This document shows positions 54,896 through 64,000 of a stretch of DNA of 64,000 bases, one piece after another (position 1 is the stretch's first letter; each line of letters begins with the position of its first letter). The stretch lies in sequence record MH791411.1, one strand, 5' to 3'. The notes below the pieces were generated by a model. It was not told the origin of the DNA, did no database searches, and worked only from the letters and a program-made list of their open reading frames with translations. A program made the position numbers and the translations under genes. The stretch is from Escherichia phage Ecwhy_1.

Positions 54896-55468
54896 TTATA
54901 AATCACGAACGACATTCATTAAACACAATTTGGGCTTTATCGCATTCAAAACCCATATGCATTCTTTGTAAGTTGCTATTATAGCATCTAAATGCTCAGT
55001 TACAATGCTTTCTTGAAAATATTCTTCTTCATTGAGCTTTGCTAAATTAGTCACATCACATGTAGGTACTATAGGTCTGGATTGTACACCCATTCCATTA
55101 TTGATATTGGTAAAATGTAAAAAATTGTACTTCACCACACCGTTATCTACACTTATGATACATGTCAAATGTTCCAACTCAGTTAGTTCGGTATTACAAG
55201 TGACATGAATGAATCCAGCATTATAGGCTCTATAATCATCTACTAATATCTCAAAATCATTACGTTTAAATATAAGTGAAATGAGTTTGTCTTGTGGTTT
55301 AACCTTCTGAAATTTTACCGAATTTACGTATGATACTTTAATCTTAGATGAAATTATCTTTTTACTAAGTGCAGTTAATTCTTCTTTAGCCTTAAAAGTT
55401 AAAGTTATAGGTCTAAATCTAGAACTTTTGTTCTTCTTTGATACTTTGAACTTACCTTTTCTATTCAT
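54896..55468 (-). CDS. hypothetical protein (190 aa)
   Basis: ORF track. Confidence 0.6.
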   Translation of the reverse strand: MNRKGKFKVSKKNKSSRFRPITLTFKAKEELTALSKKIISSKIKVSYVNSVKFQKVKPQDKLISLIFKRNDFEILVDDYRAYNAGFIHVTCNTELTELEHLTCIISVDNGVVKYNFLHFTNINNGMGVQSRPIVPTCDVTNLAKLNEEEYFQESIVTEHLDAIIATYKECIWVLNAIKPKLCLMNVVRDL

Positions 55469-55522
55469 TAATTAAACCCCACATAAAGTAAAAGGGTTGG
55501 AATAATACCAACCCTATATCTT

Positions 55523-55759
55523 TTATTTTTTAATAGATTCATAAAGCAGAAACAACCAAATAAACATTGATGAACAAACTACTACTGGGATTAATGTAAA
55601 TTCAGTAAAGAATAAAAGTATTCCATAAGTTAGTATGCAACATAAGTTTACGTACATAATTGCTTCTGCATTTTTATTTTTCATTTTATATGCAATGAAT
55701 GTTGGTGACCACATTACCAAAAATGCAAACAACGCACATATGATGATTATAGTTTCCAT
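55523..55759 (-). CDS. small membrane protein (78 aa)
   Basis: hydrophobic segments. Confidence 0.55.
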   Translation of the reverse strand: METIIIICALFAFLVMWSPTFIAYKMKNKNAEAIMYVNLCCILTYGILLFFTEFTLIPVVVCSSMFIWLFLLYESIKK

Positions 55760-55829
55760 ATTACACCTCCGTAAAATAATGTTCTGTACTGCTATTATTT
55801 ACAGAGAATATCTGAAAAATTGATCTAGA

Positions 55830-56054
55830 TCAATTTTTAGTCACTTTACAATTTGAATCTTTTTTGTACTGAACAATCACATTGTTCTTAAGGAAGATGA
55901 TGGTCCCATAGGAACCTTGGGCTGCAACTTCAACAATATGGTTCTTATATGTTTCAGTATATCCTTCCATCTCGTTGATACACACTACATGATACTTTGG
56001 TTTAGCACATACAACAGTACTCAAGAATAGCAGTACTAGTACTAGATATTTCAT
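55830..56054 (-). CDS. secreted hypothetical protein (74 aa)
   Basis: signal peptide MKYLVLVLLFLSTVVCA. Confidence 0.6.
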   Translation of the reverse strand: MKYLVLVLLFLSTVVCAKPKYHVVCINEMEGYTETYKNHIVEVAAQGSYGTIIFLKNNVIVQYKKDSNCKVTKN

Positions 56055-56104
56055 TTTATTACCTTATAAACAAGAACAGGAATCCTTTTACGGATTCCTA
56101 TAAT

Positions 56105-56398
56105 TTAGTCCTTTAATGTACCATTGTGTAAACGATTATACACATCATTGCGACGCAACTCAACAATATCTTCAGCGTACTTCATTGTAAACGCCCATGC
56201 TTTTGGATGCACATTAAGCTTCATACGAATGCGATTCTTCATCAATTCACCGCTTAGGCGAACAAACTCATGAACACCACGACTTCCGTACTCTGAAATC
56301 AAATCATTGATGTACATGTTGCGAAGGGTTTCGTCTGTACATTCTTTAACCATTTCTACGTCTGCCACGATGCTTGCATTTACTGAAGTACTGATCAT
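56105..56398 (-). CDS. hypothetical protein (97 aa)
   Basis: ORF track. Confidence 0.55.
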   Translation of the reverse strand: MISTSVNASIVADVEMVKECTDETLRNMYINDLISEYGSRGVHEFVRLSGELMKNRIRMKLNVHPKAWAFTMKYAEDIVELRRNDVYNRLHNGTLKD

Positions 56399-56409
56399 TT
56401 TAAGTTACC

Positions 56410-56676
56410 TTATTTGAATTGGACTGTAATTTTATCACCTTCAACTACGAACTTACAGTCGTAGCGACGGGCCATATCCATATACATATGCTCAGAATAC
56501 CACGGAACATCAATAACTGGATGCTCTGCGTATTGTAGCACTTCACGGTCACCAACAGTAGTGATGACGAAAGGAATGTTCATCTCTCGCAAAAACAACT
56601 CGGCACCTGGTGAACGATTGACAAACTCAGTGTCGTTACGCAAAGTAAAACCATTGTATTGTAATTTAAGCTTCAT
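56410..56676 (-). CDS. hypothetical protein (88 aa)
   Basis: ORF track. Confidence 0.55.
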   Translation of the reverse strand: MKLKLQYNGFTLRNDTEFVNRSPGAELFLREMNIPFVITTVGDREVLQYAEHPVIDVPWYSEHMYMDMARRYDCKFVVEGDKITVQFK

Positions 56677-56690
56677 GATTATCCTCTAAG

Positions 56691-57047
56691 TTAATACCAT
56701 TCTTTTAAACCATCAAGTTCGGCTATGTGAGTAATTATAACACAGATAACACTCAGGTCAAGCATTATTTGCTCATAATTTAATTTTATTCTATCATCAC
56801 TGTATGCTCTAAAAACAACATCAAAGTCAAAGTAGTTATCGTTTTCATCATTCATTGGAATGATTCTATATCTACGTCTACCATCATCATTGAATACAGT
56901 CAAACATTGTTTGAATTTCTTCATTAACTGTGTAGTCAATGCATTGTAATATGCAACATCATATTGTGTACAACGTGGGTCATTGGGTAGATAAAACGAT
57001 ACAAATTTTTTTAATTCTATTTGAGTCTTATCCATATACAGCCTCAT
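56691..57047 (-). CDS. hypothetical protein (118 aa)
   Basis: ORF track. Confidence 0.55.
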   Translation of the reverse strand: MRLYMDKTQIELKKFVSFYLPNDPRCTQYDVAYYNALTTQLMKKFKQCLTVFNDDGRRRYRIIPMNDENDNYFDFDVVFRAYSDDRIKLNYEQIMLDLSVICVIITHIAELDGLKEWY

Positions 57048-57468
57048 GTATTACTCTTTTACTTTGGCGGTACTCATCCTTTGCTTCTCTCACTGACATG
57101 ATACGAACCAGATTGGCACTACCACAATAGTACTGAACCTGACTACGACCAATGTCAACATGATTATCAGGAACTTCATATACTGATACAGCAAACCCTG
57201 CACGATGTAATTTACCCAAGTCCATAGTAAAGAACTTAAACAAATCATTCAAACTCTGACAGCCAAATGCCCAGCCACGTTTGATTGAATAGATTCCATC
57301 TTCAGTTGGTTCTGGTTGGAATTGCGAAGGCGTGGTCATGCACAAACGGTCAAATCCATTTTTAGTACTGTATCGTGAAGAGTACCGTGCGAACGGCCCT
57401 ACTGTTTTTGCTGGATCTAAGTTAGGTTCAATATAACTGAATTTAAGTTCAAAACGATATACGTACAT
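57028..57468 (-). CDS. hypothetical protein (146 aa)
   Basis: ORF track. Confidence 0.6.
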   Translation of the reverse strand: MYVYRFELKFSYIEPNLDPAKTVGPFARYSSRYSTKNGFDRLCMTTPSQFQPEPTEDGIYSIKRGWAFGCQSLNDLFKFFTMDLGKLHRAGFAVSVYEVPDNHVDIGRSQVQYYCGSANLVRIMSVREAKDEYRQSKRVIHEAVYG

Positions 57469-57523
57469 AATTAAAATCCCCAGTAGTTGATGAAATAATT
57501 ATAACAAAAAAGGTTGACCGAAG
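57469..57523 (-). promoter_or_regulatory. class-B cassette
   Basis: GGTTGACTTCGGTCAACC hairpin + T7 + TATAAT. Confidence 0.6.
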
Positions 57524-57745
57524 TCAACCTTTATTTTGAAGTTCTTGAACTAATTGTCGTACTTCTTTGATGTTATGACACTGCTTTACAGTGAAGTAAT
57601 CATACTTACGACCATAGGTTCTTGGATCATCACCTTCCATATACTGCTGCACATCAAAGATTTGTAAGTAGGGATGCTGCATAACACGAATGTTACCACA
57701 TTGATAAATCAACATATGTTTAGTCCTCATATTTACACAAGCCAC
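57524..57745 (-). CDS. hypothetical protein (73 aa)
   Basis: ORF track. Confidence 0.5.
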   Translation of the reverse strand: MACVNMRTKHMLIYQCGNIRVMQHPYLQIFDVQQYMEGDDPRTYGRKYDYFTVKQCHNIKEVRQLVQELQNKG

Positions 57746-58070
57746 CGAATGTTGCCTGTTTTGCTGCCTTACGCATCATCACAAGTTTAACATACTGTTC
57801 GCCATTACTTTCTTCATATACATCAACTTGAAGAAATGCAAGCATATTGGGATCAGTATCGTTCGAGTACTGCGTAAAACTAATGTCACCTACAGTATGT
57901 TCTTTAACAAAATTATACACTTCACCATCGATATAAACGATAGTATGGTCATCGCTATCACCTTGGTAAATGTGTTTAATATCACCTTCAGTACAGACTA
58001 GTCCAGGTAATGGTTCTGCATAAGACATACCACATATAATCATACAAACAAAAAACAAAATTACTTTCAT
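57720..58070 (-). CDS. secreted hypothetical protein (116 aa)
   Basis: signal peptide MKVILFFVCMIICGMSYA. Confidence 0.6.
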   Translation of the reverse strand: MKVILFFVCMIICGMSYAEPLPGLVCTEGDIKHIYQGDSDDHTIVYIDGEVYNFVKEHTVGDISFTQYSNDTDPNMLAFLQVDVYEESNGEQYVKLVMMRKAAKQATFGGLCKYED

Positions 58071-58450
58071 GATTTGTTTCCTTTGGATAAAATGGATTTC
58101 TTCACTTTGTACTGCTTGTAGTTATTATACCAAACATCGATTACATAAATCAAGTACCAAAGTGATGGATATAATGATAGACCAATAAAAACTGAAAAAA
58201 TACTTGTATTAATAAAACCAATACAGTGCAGTGTAAATGCAACGATTAGAATACCAATCGTAATCATACTAGCTGAATATGGTACGCTATCAGATGCGAA
58301 CCATGAATCAACCTTACTAATTAAAGTATACTTCCCAGTACTAACAGCATAAACAATTGCTACTATACCAAATAATGCCATTGAAATAGTTATTACTGAG
58401 TTAATAAGAATCGGAGTAATTAATACATAAAGCATTACATCGTTTATCAT
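58067..58450 (-). CDS. membrane protein (127 aa)
   Basis: multiple hydrophobic segments. Confidence 0.6.
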   Translation of the reverse strand: MINDVMLYVLITPILINSVITISMALFGIVAIVYAVSTGKYTLISKVDSWFASDSVPYSASMITIGILIVAFTLHCIGFINTSIFSVFIGLSLYPSLWYLIYVIDVWYNNYKQYKVKKSILSKGNKS

Positions 58451-58460
58451 TTGTTATACC

Positions 58461-58826
58461 TTAAAGTTCACAATGAATATTCAATTTATCAATATCCTGA
58501 TCGCGTTTGTTCGACGAATCTTGATAAATGACTATGTAAATATCCCCATCCTTTGTCTTGGGGTCCACTATCAATATTACATTTGCTATTATACCAGCAT
58601 CTGATTTATATGTCGATACCTTTTTATTCCCAATCAAACTCTCGGCCCTGAAACGGTAAACCTCATTATCTACGACAATATTGTTTCCATTTTGTGGGTC
58701 ATTAGAAAGTACATGCCATGTTCCATCGTTTCCCATACAATCAAGGTAAGCAGGTACGGCTGTACTGAACCTTGAATAAAGCATGAATACTACAAACACC
58801 ATTATCATTCTTATATATTTTTTCAT
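58461..58826 (-). CDS. secreted hypothetical protein (121 aa)
   Basis: trimmed to MKKYIRMIMVFVVFML after AGAGG SD. Confidence 0.55.
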   Translation of the reverse strand: MKKYIRMIMVFVVFMLYSRFSTAVPAYLDCMGNDGTWHVLSNDPQNGNNIVVDNEVYRFRAESLIGNKKVSTYKSDAGIIANVILIVDPKTKDGDIYIVIYQDSSNKRDQDIDKLNIHCEL

Positions 58827-58904
58827 TATAACCTCTAACGAGCAATACTTCTGCACATATTATTTGTACAGAAGTATTTAATACTATTAGAGACTTTTTG
58901 AACG

Positions 58905-59231
58905 TTACTTCTTACTAGTTAGTTTATCTTTCAAGATATCAAACCAAATGGAAACTTTACCAGCAAACAATGCATTAGTAAACCACACAATACCAACAAT
59001 GTTCTCAACTAAATTCATAATTGAAACAAATGGTCCAATTGGTAATACAAAACTTACTAACCATGACAGTACTGAAATAAGTACTACAACGAAGAAGATT
59101 CGTACAATGGGTGAGTCTAACATAAACAACTCACGAAACTCATCACGCTCGGTTTCGTCTTTAATGAAGAATTCGAAAACCATAACCCATAACAGAATTA
59201 GAGCAGGAATTGAAATTAGAACTGATAACAT
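58905..59231 (-). CDS. membrane protein (108 aa)
   Basis: hydrophobic segments. Confidence 0.6.
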   Translation of the reverse strand: MLSVLISIPALILLWVMVFEFFIKDETERDEFRELFMLDSPIVRIFFVVVLISVLSWLVSFVLPIGPFVSIMNLVENIVGIVWFTNALFAGKVSIWFDILKDKLTSKK

Positions 59232-59289
59232 GTTTTATATCCTCAAGTTTAAGTGTTAAGTTTCAGACTACAAGAACCATTATACAGTA

Positions 59290-59532
59290 CTACAAACGTT
59301 TGTCAACAGGTTTTTCTTCAATAAGCATAAGATAACTGAAGACGAATAGTAATACAGATGCCATATCAATAACCGTAAAGCTCACGGGAATGATAATAGA
59401 CACTAGAATGAGTGCCACGTTTAGCAAGAATACAGTAGTGATATCCACCAGCTTTCGTTTAGTGGCTACTGCTACTAGTGTAGGGTAGAACATAAACAAT
59501 AATGCAACTACAAAACTCAATACTAGATACAT
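59290..59532 (-). CDS. small membrane protein (80 aa)
   Basis: hydrophobic segments. Confidence 0.55.
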   Translation of the reverse strand: MYLVLSFVVALLFMFYPTLVAVATKRKLVDITTVFLLNVALILVSIIIPVSFTVIDMASVLLFVFSYLMLIEEKPVDKRL

Positions 59533-60185
59533 TTCTTTTTCACCTTAAGAAAATTATAACATAAAACAACCTCAACATCTGGCTCATCATACAAGTACTC
59601 AAAGCGTTCTTTACTACGCTTAGTACCGATGTACTCACCATTCTTATGCCAACGCCACCCACCACTCTCTGGTTGGTCAGACTTCAGTACTGGATGATAG
59701 CACATGACAATTTCTTCTGGACCTTCAATAAGGTTCTTGTACTTCGTCAAAATCTGTTCAAGCGTATCTGCTACACCATAAGACGAGTGCATAAGATAAG
59801 ACTCAGGACGTGGACGACCACTTGGTAGAATGTCATCAGTACTATTAAAGATAGCACGGAAGTCTTCTGACGTGTATAAACTTCCATCTTCATGGATCAT
59901 TGGATACTCATCTACTACATCATAATCAGTGAAGTGTTCAATCGCATGTCCTGGTCTGTAACCTGCGAGGATACCTGTATGTTTCGTCTGTACAATAGTC
60001 ATAACAGATGTACTATTGTTTACATTAGGATCATGAATTTCAGCCCAAAAAGGATGATGAGGATCAAATTTAGCATTAACTAAAGTACAATCACCAATGT
60101 AGTCGAAATTAGTTTCTTTAAAGTTCAAAGAAACACCACGCAATGCCCAATCAGGAGAAGTGATGAAATTAAGATTAACTAACAT
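59523..60185 (-). CDS. hypothetical protein (220 aa)
   Basis: ORF track; ATG verified. Confidence 0.65.
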   Translation of the reverse strand: MLVNLNFITSPDWALRGVSLNFKETNFDYIGDCTLVNAKFDPHHPFWAEIHDPNVNNSTSVMTIVQTKHTGILAGYRPGHAIEHFTDYDVVDEYPMIHEDGSLYTSEDFRAIFNSTDDILPSGRPRPESYLMHSSYGVADTLEQILTKYKNLIEGPEEIVMCYHPVLKSDQPESGGWRWHKNGEYIGTKRSKERFEYLYDEPDVEVVLCYNFLKVKKKCI

Positions 60186-60219
60186 AGTATCCTCAGTTGC
60201 GGTTGTTTTGATACAGTTA

Positions 60220-60540
60220 TTATATCAAAGACGTGTCAATTTGTACAACATTTATTGTAACTATTTCGTACATAAAATCAATTGCATTGAACTCTGCATA
60301 CCACTCTACAATCTCACAAGCAGCATCAACTTGGTTTTTCGCATTAACACGTCTGGCATAGGTGCTGCTCATTTTGAATCTACCATATTCATAGACATTG
60401 TAGACACCATGACACCACCACATCTTAGTCATTAATGCTAGGCCATACAGTGAATTGTAAGTCTTGGTATTCAAATTTACCAATATCATTCTTCTTACGG
60501 AATGATTCTTCAACCTGAATTTCTGCGTCGTACTGACCAT
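60220..60540 (-). CDS. hypothetical protein; start uncertain
   Basis: overlaps 60425-60643 in another frame; internal ATGs at 60432/60423 possible. Confidence 0.35.
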   Translation of the reverse strand: MVSTTQKFRLKNHSVRRMILVNLNTKTYNSLYGLALMTKMWWCHGVYNVYEYGRFKMSSTYARRVNAKNQVDAACEIVEWYAEFNAIDFMYEIVTINVVQIDTSLI

Positions 60541-60643
60541 CGGCCTTTACTACGTACTTAAAATATTCTACATGTGAAAAACGATACCCTTCTCCGTCTT
60601 GCTTGGATACTTGTACTGACCCTTCAACTAGATATAAATTCAT
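60425..60643 (-). CDS. hypothetical protein (72 aa)
   Basis: ORF track. Confidence 0.5.
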   Translation of the reverse strand: MNLYLVEGSVQVSKQDGEGYRFSHVEYFKYVVKADGQYDAEIQVEESFRKKNDIGKFEYQDLQFTVWPSIND

Positions 60644-60646
60644 TTG

Positions 60647-60868
60647 TCATTCTCCATCATATTCAGTGAGTATTACACTATGTACTGTTTCAATATAGCG
60701 TTGTGTTTTTGGTGTGTTGTACTTAGTTACTTCATCAAACAATTTAAATAGTGCATGTGTTGGACTTAATGCACGAACAAATACATCAATCTTCTGTACT
60801 TCTTTCTTATAACCACGTACATTATTAAACTCAGATACATGCTCATACACAATGTAGTAACGATTCAT
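60647..60868 (-). CDS. hypothetical protein (73 aa)
   Basis: ORF track. Confidence 0.55.
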   Translation of the reverse strand: MNRYYIVYEHVSEFNNVRGYKKEVQKIDVFVRALSPTHALFKLFDEVTKYNTPKTQRYIETVHSVILTEYDGE

Positions 60869-61380
60869 ATATTAAGTAGTTCCATAAATTCATCGATCAA
60901 GGAAGTTCTAATGCACATAACAAATTCAAAATCAACATCGATAGTATCGAGTAGTTTGAACAACTTTGGTACATTTGGATCATTCAACTGGAAGTTATGA
61001 ATCAAGCTCTGTTGAAACACACTTTCTTCAGTACTGTAATCAATAACAAAATATTCAGCTACACCTGGAGGTGAATAAACATCATATAATATCTGACGTT
61101 TATTGTGTGTTTCTGAACCAGGACAATATATAAGTTCTATTTCATACGAACCTGCCGAGGATCTATCATAAAACACAATCTCAGTACTAGTTATTTCACT
61201 ACCATCACTTCTTTCATAAAAACATACATCGGCATATCGTTTACCATTGGGCTTCAAGATCTCATGAGTTGTTTTACCATAACATTTATCAGTTTCAATG
61301 TGTACTTTGCCTTGATATTCAGAACGTCTTACATCATTTCCACGATTAAACAATATGTTCAACAACTCATTAATATCCAT
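60865..61380 (-). CDS. hypothetical protein (171 aa)
   Basis: ORF track. Confidence 0.6.
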   Translation of the reverse strand: MDINELLNILFNRGNDVRRSEYQGKVHIETDKCYGKTTHEILKPNGKRYADVCFYERSDGSEITSTEIVFYDRSSAGSYEIELIYCPGSETHNKRQILYDVYSPPGVAEYFVIDYSTEESVFQQSLIHNFQLNDPNVPKLFKLLDTIDVDFEFVMCIRTSLIDEFMELLNI

Positions 61381-61619
61381 TATTTCGCCTCGATAACCTT
61401 AAGGTTAACAAAATCACCTTTTACTTTCATACATTTGAATTCAGTGCGTGTTTCATCACCACTATCACGAGGCCAATGAGTTGCAGAGTAGCACTGGTCT
61501 GGTGTTTTATATACACCTTCACCAATAGTACGAATGATTTCACCATTCGTGAGAACTACTGCAAGATATAAAGTAAACATGATATTCGCCTCAGAATAAT
61601 TTATTAATAATAATAGCAC
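61380..61619 (-). CDS. hypothetical protein (79 aa)
   Basis: ORF track. Confidence 0.55.
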   Translation of the reverse strand: MLLLLINYSEANIMFTLYLAVVLTNGEIIRTIGEGVYKTPDQCYSATHWPRDSGDETRTEFKCMKVKGDFVNLKVIEAK

Positions 61620-61733
61620 CTAACGCAAGAACTGCAATAATTACAGATACCCACATTACTGCATTCACTGTACCAGTTAGTTCTTTATCAAACTCCCTGC
61701 ACTTCTTACGGTACTCTTCCCACTCTTTGTTAT

Positions 61734-61949
61734 TCACACTGCCGCTCCTAATAGGTCGGTAGCTTTCTTCAGTACTACGTCAATTGTTTCCAGTACTGCA
61801 CCTTTGTGTTCAATTGATACAATATTATTATAAGTATCAAGGTCCAAGTACTCCATATATTCAGTTTTGAATACACGAACATCAGTACTGGTGATTTTAA
61901 GATCGCAACCTTTATCCCAAATAACCTGCATCATTTCATTGGTAGTCAT
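61734..61949 (-). CDS. hypothetical protein (71 aa)
   Basis: ORF track. Confidence 0.55.
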   Translation of the reverse strand: MTTNEMMQVIWDKGCDLKITSTDVRVFKTEYMEYLDLDTYNNIVSIEHKGAVLETIDVVLKKATDLLGAAV

Positions 61950-62224
61950 TATTCAACCTTATCATAAACAAGTTTGTGTGTGCTTAGTACTTTGTTGAGA
62001 TGACCAGGGCATTCATATACATACAATCGCTCCTGACGTTTTTCCCAACCACCACAGATACGGCCTGATTGTGTACATACCTCATACTCGTTAATAAAAG
62101 ACTTACCTGTGAATGTACAATCCTGACGAACTAAGTCTTTTGCACTAAACCTGCCGTCATCATTACATGCTGTAAGAAACATTGTACAGAATACAAAGAC
62201 AACTGTCAATAGTTTTTTAATCAT
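61949..62224 (-). CDS. putative lipoprotein (91 aa)
   Basis: signal peptide with LTAC lipobox-like motif. Confidence 0.6.
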   Translation of the reverse strand: MIKKLLTVVFVFCTMFLTACNDDGRFSAKDLVRQDCTFTGKSFINEYEVCTQSGRICGGWEKRQERLYVYECPGHLNKVLSTHKLVYDKVE

Positions 62225-62589
62225 TTAACATCACCCCAACGGAAACCTTTCATATAATTCAAATTCACCTCAACGAGTTCATGTGTTTTTGTACACCAAA
62301 TGGAGAGAGTTTTTGTAACATCACCAGGTTCAGATTCATAATTCACACAATAACCTTCAATGCGTAGAGTTTTGTTAGTCCATGACTCCCACTCAATCCA
62401 AATTTCATTTGGATAATAAACCATATCTTCGTTGAACGTATGGAATTGGTCCATTGGTAAGTGACCTTCAACTTCAATTACTTCAGCACTTCGTGCCAGT
62501 TTTTCAAGCTTGTACTTTATTTCAGCAAGAAATTCTTCATTATTCATACGAGTTAATAAATCTGTTGCACGGGTTGTATCAAGGCTCAT
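62221..62589 (-). CDS. hypothetical protein (122 aa)
   Basis: ORF track. Confidence 0.6.
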   Translation of the reverse strand: MSLDTTRATDLLTRMNNEEFLAEIKYKLEKLARSAEVIEVEGHLPMDQFHTFNEDMVYYPNEIWIEWESWTNKTLRIEGYCVNYESEPGDVTKTLSIWCTKTHELVEVNLNYMKGFRWGDVK

Positions 62590-62837
62590 TGTTGTACTCC
62601 ATTAATCACTGAAGTATTGATTCGTGTTTTACCGCTGCTGTATCCAGTACTGGTATTTGCATTAGGGCAATAAACTGTATACAAGGTTACACCAGCACCG
62701 TCCTTTTGCATACGATAAATCTTACATCCTGCTTCTTGTAATTCAATAGGGAGAATAAAATCACTTGTGCGTTCTTTTGTTGAAGCGTCACATGCAGTGA
62801 GTAAAAATGCAACGAGTACTGCTACGATATATTTCAT
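62586..62837 (-). CDS. putative lipoprotein (83 aa)
   Basis: MKYIVAVLVAFLLTAC lipobox-like. Confidence 0.6.
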   Translation of the reverse strand: MKYIVAVLVAFLLTACDASTKERTSDFILPIELQEAGCKIYRMQKDGAGVTLYTVYCPNANTSTGYSSGKTRINTSVINGVQQ

Positions 62838-63145
62838 TAACGAACCTCCACTTCTTGAGAAAGAGCATGAGTCAGTGCATTTGAATTCGAACTATTCATT
62901 TCACGCTGACATACAAACATAATGGCATCTTGTACTGAACCTGCGATTTCATACTCACGACCTTCTGGATCAGTTACCAGATGTTCAACGATACAACCAC
63001 CACGCAGTACAGAAGCACCAGTACTTACACTAATCCTGTAACCTAAAAAATCAAACTGCATACATGCGTCAGTAGGTTTCATCCAATAACCGCTGTTTTG
63101 GTTCAAATCGATGATTACAAAACCTTGAGTGTTAGTTTGAAACAT
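62837..63145 (-). CDS. hypothetical protein (102 aa)
   Basis: ORF track. Confidence 0.55.
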   Translation of the reverse strand: MFQTNTQGFVIIDLNQNSGYWMKPTDACMQFDFLGYRISVSTGASVLRGGCIVEHLVTDPEGREYEIAGSVQDAIMFVCQREMNSSNSNALTHALSQEVEVR

Positions 63146-63363
63146 AGTTAATTCCTCATTTAATTTAAAAGGGTGGAAACGCAGTGACGAGTACGATTAT
63201 GCTGTCTTTCCTTTCACTGCATTCCCTTTTATATAAAACATAATACAGTACTGATATCTTATGTCAAGTATTAATCACCAAAAATCATCAGATACCCAAA
63301 CCAACCCACACAGACGACTAAGCTAACAATACCAAAGACAATCTCTAAAGTCATGTTGCATCC

Positions 63364-63564
63364 TTAATCAATGATTTTATATTCACGATGACCATAGAAT
63401 CCAGCCTCAAGGATGCGATTACCATCAGCATCTTCCAAATCCCACCCACGGGATGTTTCGGCAATAATAGTCATGATGTGACCTCTTGGGAAAATTCCAC
63501 TCAAGGTGGATACATCCTCAAGTAATTGAACCTTCTTACCAACATTTGTATTTGATTTAAACAT
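63364..63564 (-). CDS. hypothetical protein (66 aa)
   Basis: ORF track. Confidence 0.5.
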   Translation of the reverse strand: MFKSNTNVGKKVQLLEDVSTLSGIFPRGHIMTIIAETSRGWDLEDADGNRILEAGFYGHREYKIID

Positions 63565-63573
63565 ACTTTACCC

Positions 63574-63756
63574 TTATTCGTTGATTACGTCAAGTACTTT
63601 GTCCAGTTTCTTACCAATACTATCCTTTGGTTTCTCACCATTCTGGAATACATTAGTACTGCAATACTCAGGACGGGTATTAGGGAACTTCTCGTTCATC
63701 CAGGAGTGACCATATACACCAAGAATGATACCTACGATAAGAATGATGATTTGCAT
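63574..63756 (-). CDS. small membrane protein (60 aa)
   Basis: N-terminal hydrophobic segment. Confidence 0.5.
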   Translation of the reverse strand: MQIIILIVGIILGVYGHSWMNEKFPNTRPEYCSTNVFQNGEKPKDSIGKKLDKVLDVINE

Positions 63757-63770
63757 GATATATCCTCTAA

Positions 63771-63980
63771 TTAAATTACATATGGTTTATAGTAATGAAT
63801 CTCGTTTGATATTACAGCGAAGACTTTGTTATTAAATCTTTCACCATAATCACGAAGAGATTCACCTTCTTCGCTTTCAATAAAGTAATTATATACTGGT
63901 AGACGTGCGGTGTCAACACCTACAAATGATTTCATGTAAATTTGTACTAAACGATTCATTCCTTCATTTAAGCATTGCAC
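63771..63980 (-). CDS. hypothetical protein (69 aa or longer; start near window end)
   Basis: ORF track. Confidence 0.45.
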   Translation of the reverse strand: MQCLNEGMNRLVQIYMKSFVGVDTARLPVYNYFIESEEGESLRDYGERFNNKVFAVISNEIHYYKPYVI

Positions 63981-64000
63981 CTCAAAGTGCTTGATACCTT

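Overview
AT-rich, densely packed phage DNA. A clear homolog of T4 endonuclease V (DenV, 45843-46358, minus), sigma70-like TTGACA/TATAAT early promoters and TATAAATA late-type promoters point to a T4-related myovirus; exact phage and host cannot be named without a database search. Layout: (i) 1-17.6 kb, about 45 small early-type genes, all minus strand, most preceded by a repeated promoter plus stem-loop cassette (PeSL-like); (ii) 17.65-19.63 kb, an ORF-free regulatory region with plus-strand consensus promoters, conserved boxes and iteron-like repeats; (iii) 19.63-24.24 kb, about 20 tandem ~60-aa paralogs (minus); (iv) 24.34-39.60 kb, 12 tandem paralogous 360-400-aa RCC1-like repeat genes (plus) sharing an N-terminal MLPF(V/A)RMxxYGN motif and a conserved terminator/promoter/RBS cassette, one copy frameshifted; (v) 39.6-64 kb, minus-strand genes including a 10-member family of small membrane proteins, a P-loop ATPase, a Cys-rich 447-aa protein, denV, kinase-like ORFs, many signal-peptide/lipoprotein ORFs and two paralogous late-promoter-driven proteins. 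No rRNA, tRNA or CRISPR array was recognised. Most products are hypothetical. Starts were corrected where the ORF track read through promoter hairpins or used TTG/GTG; self-derived coordinates may be off by a few nt.
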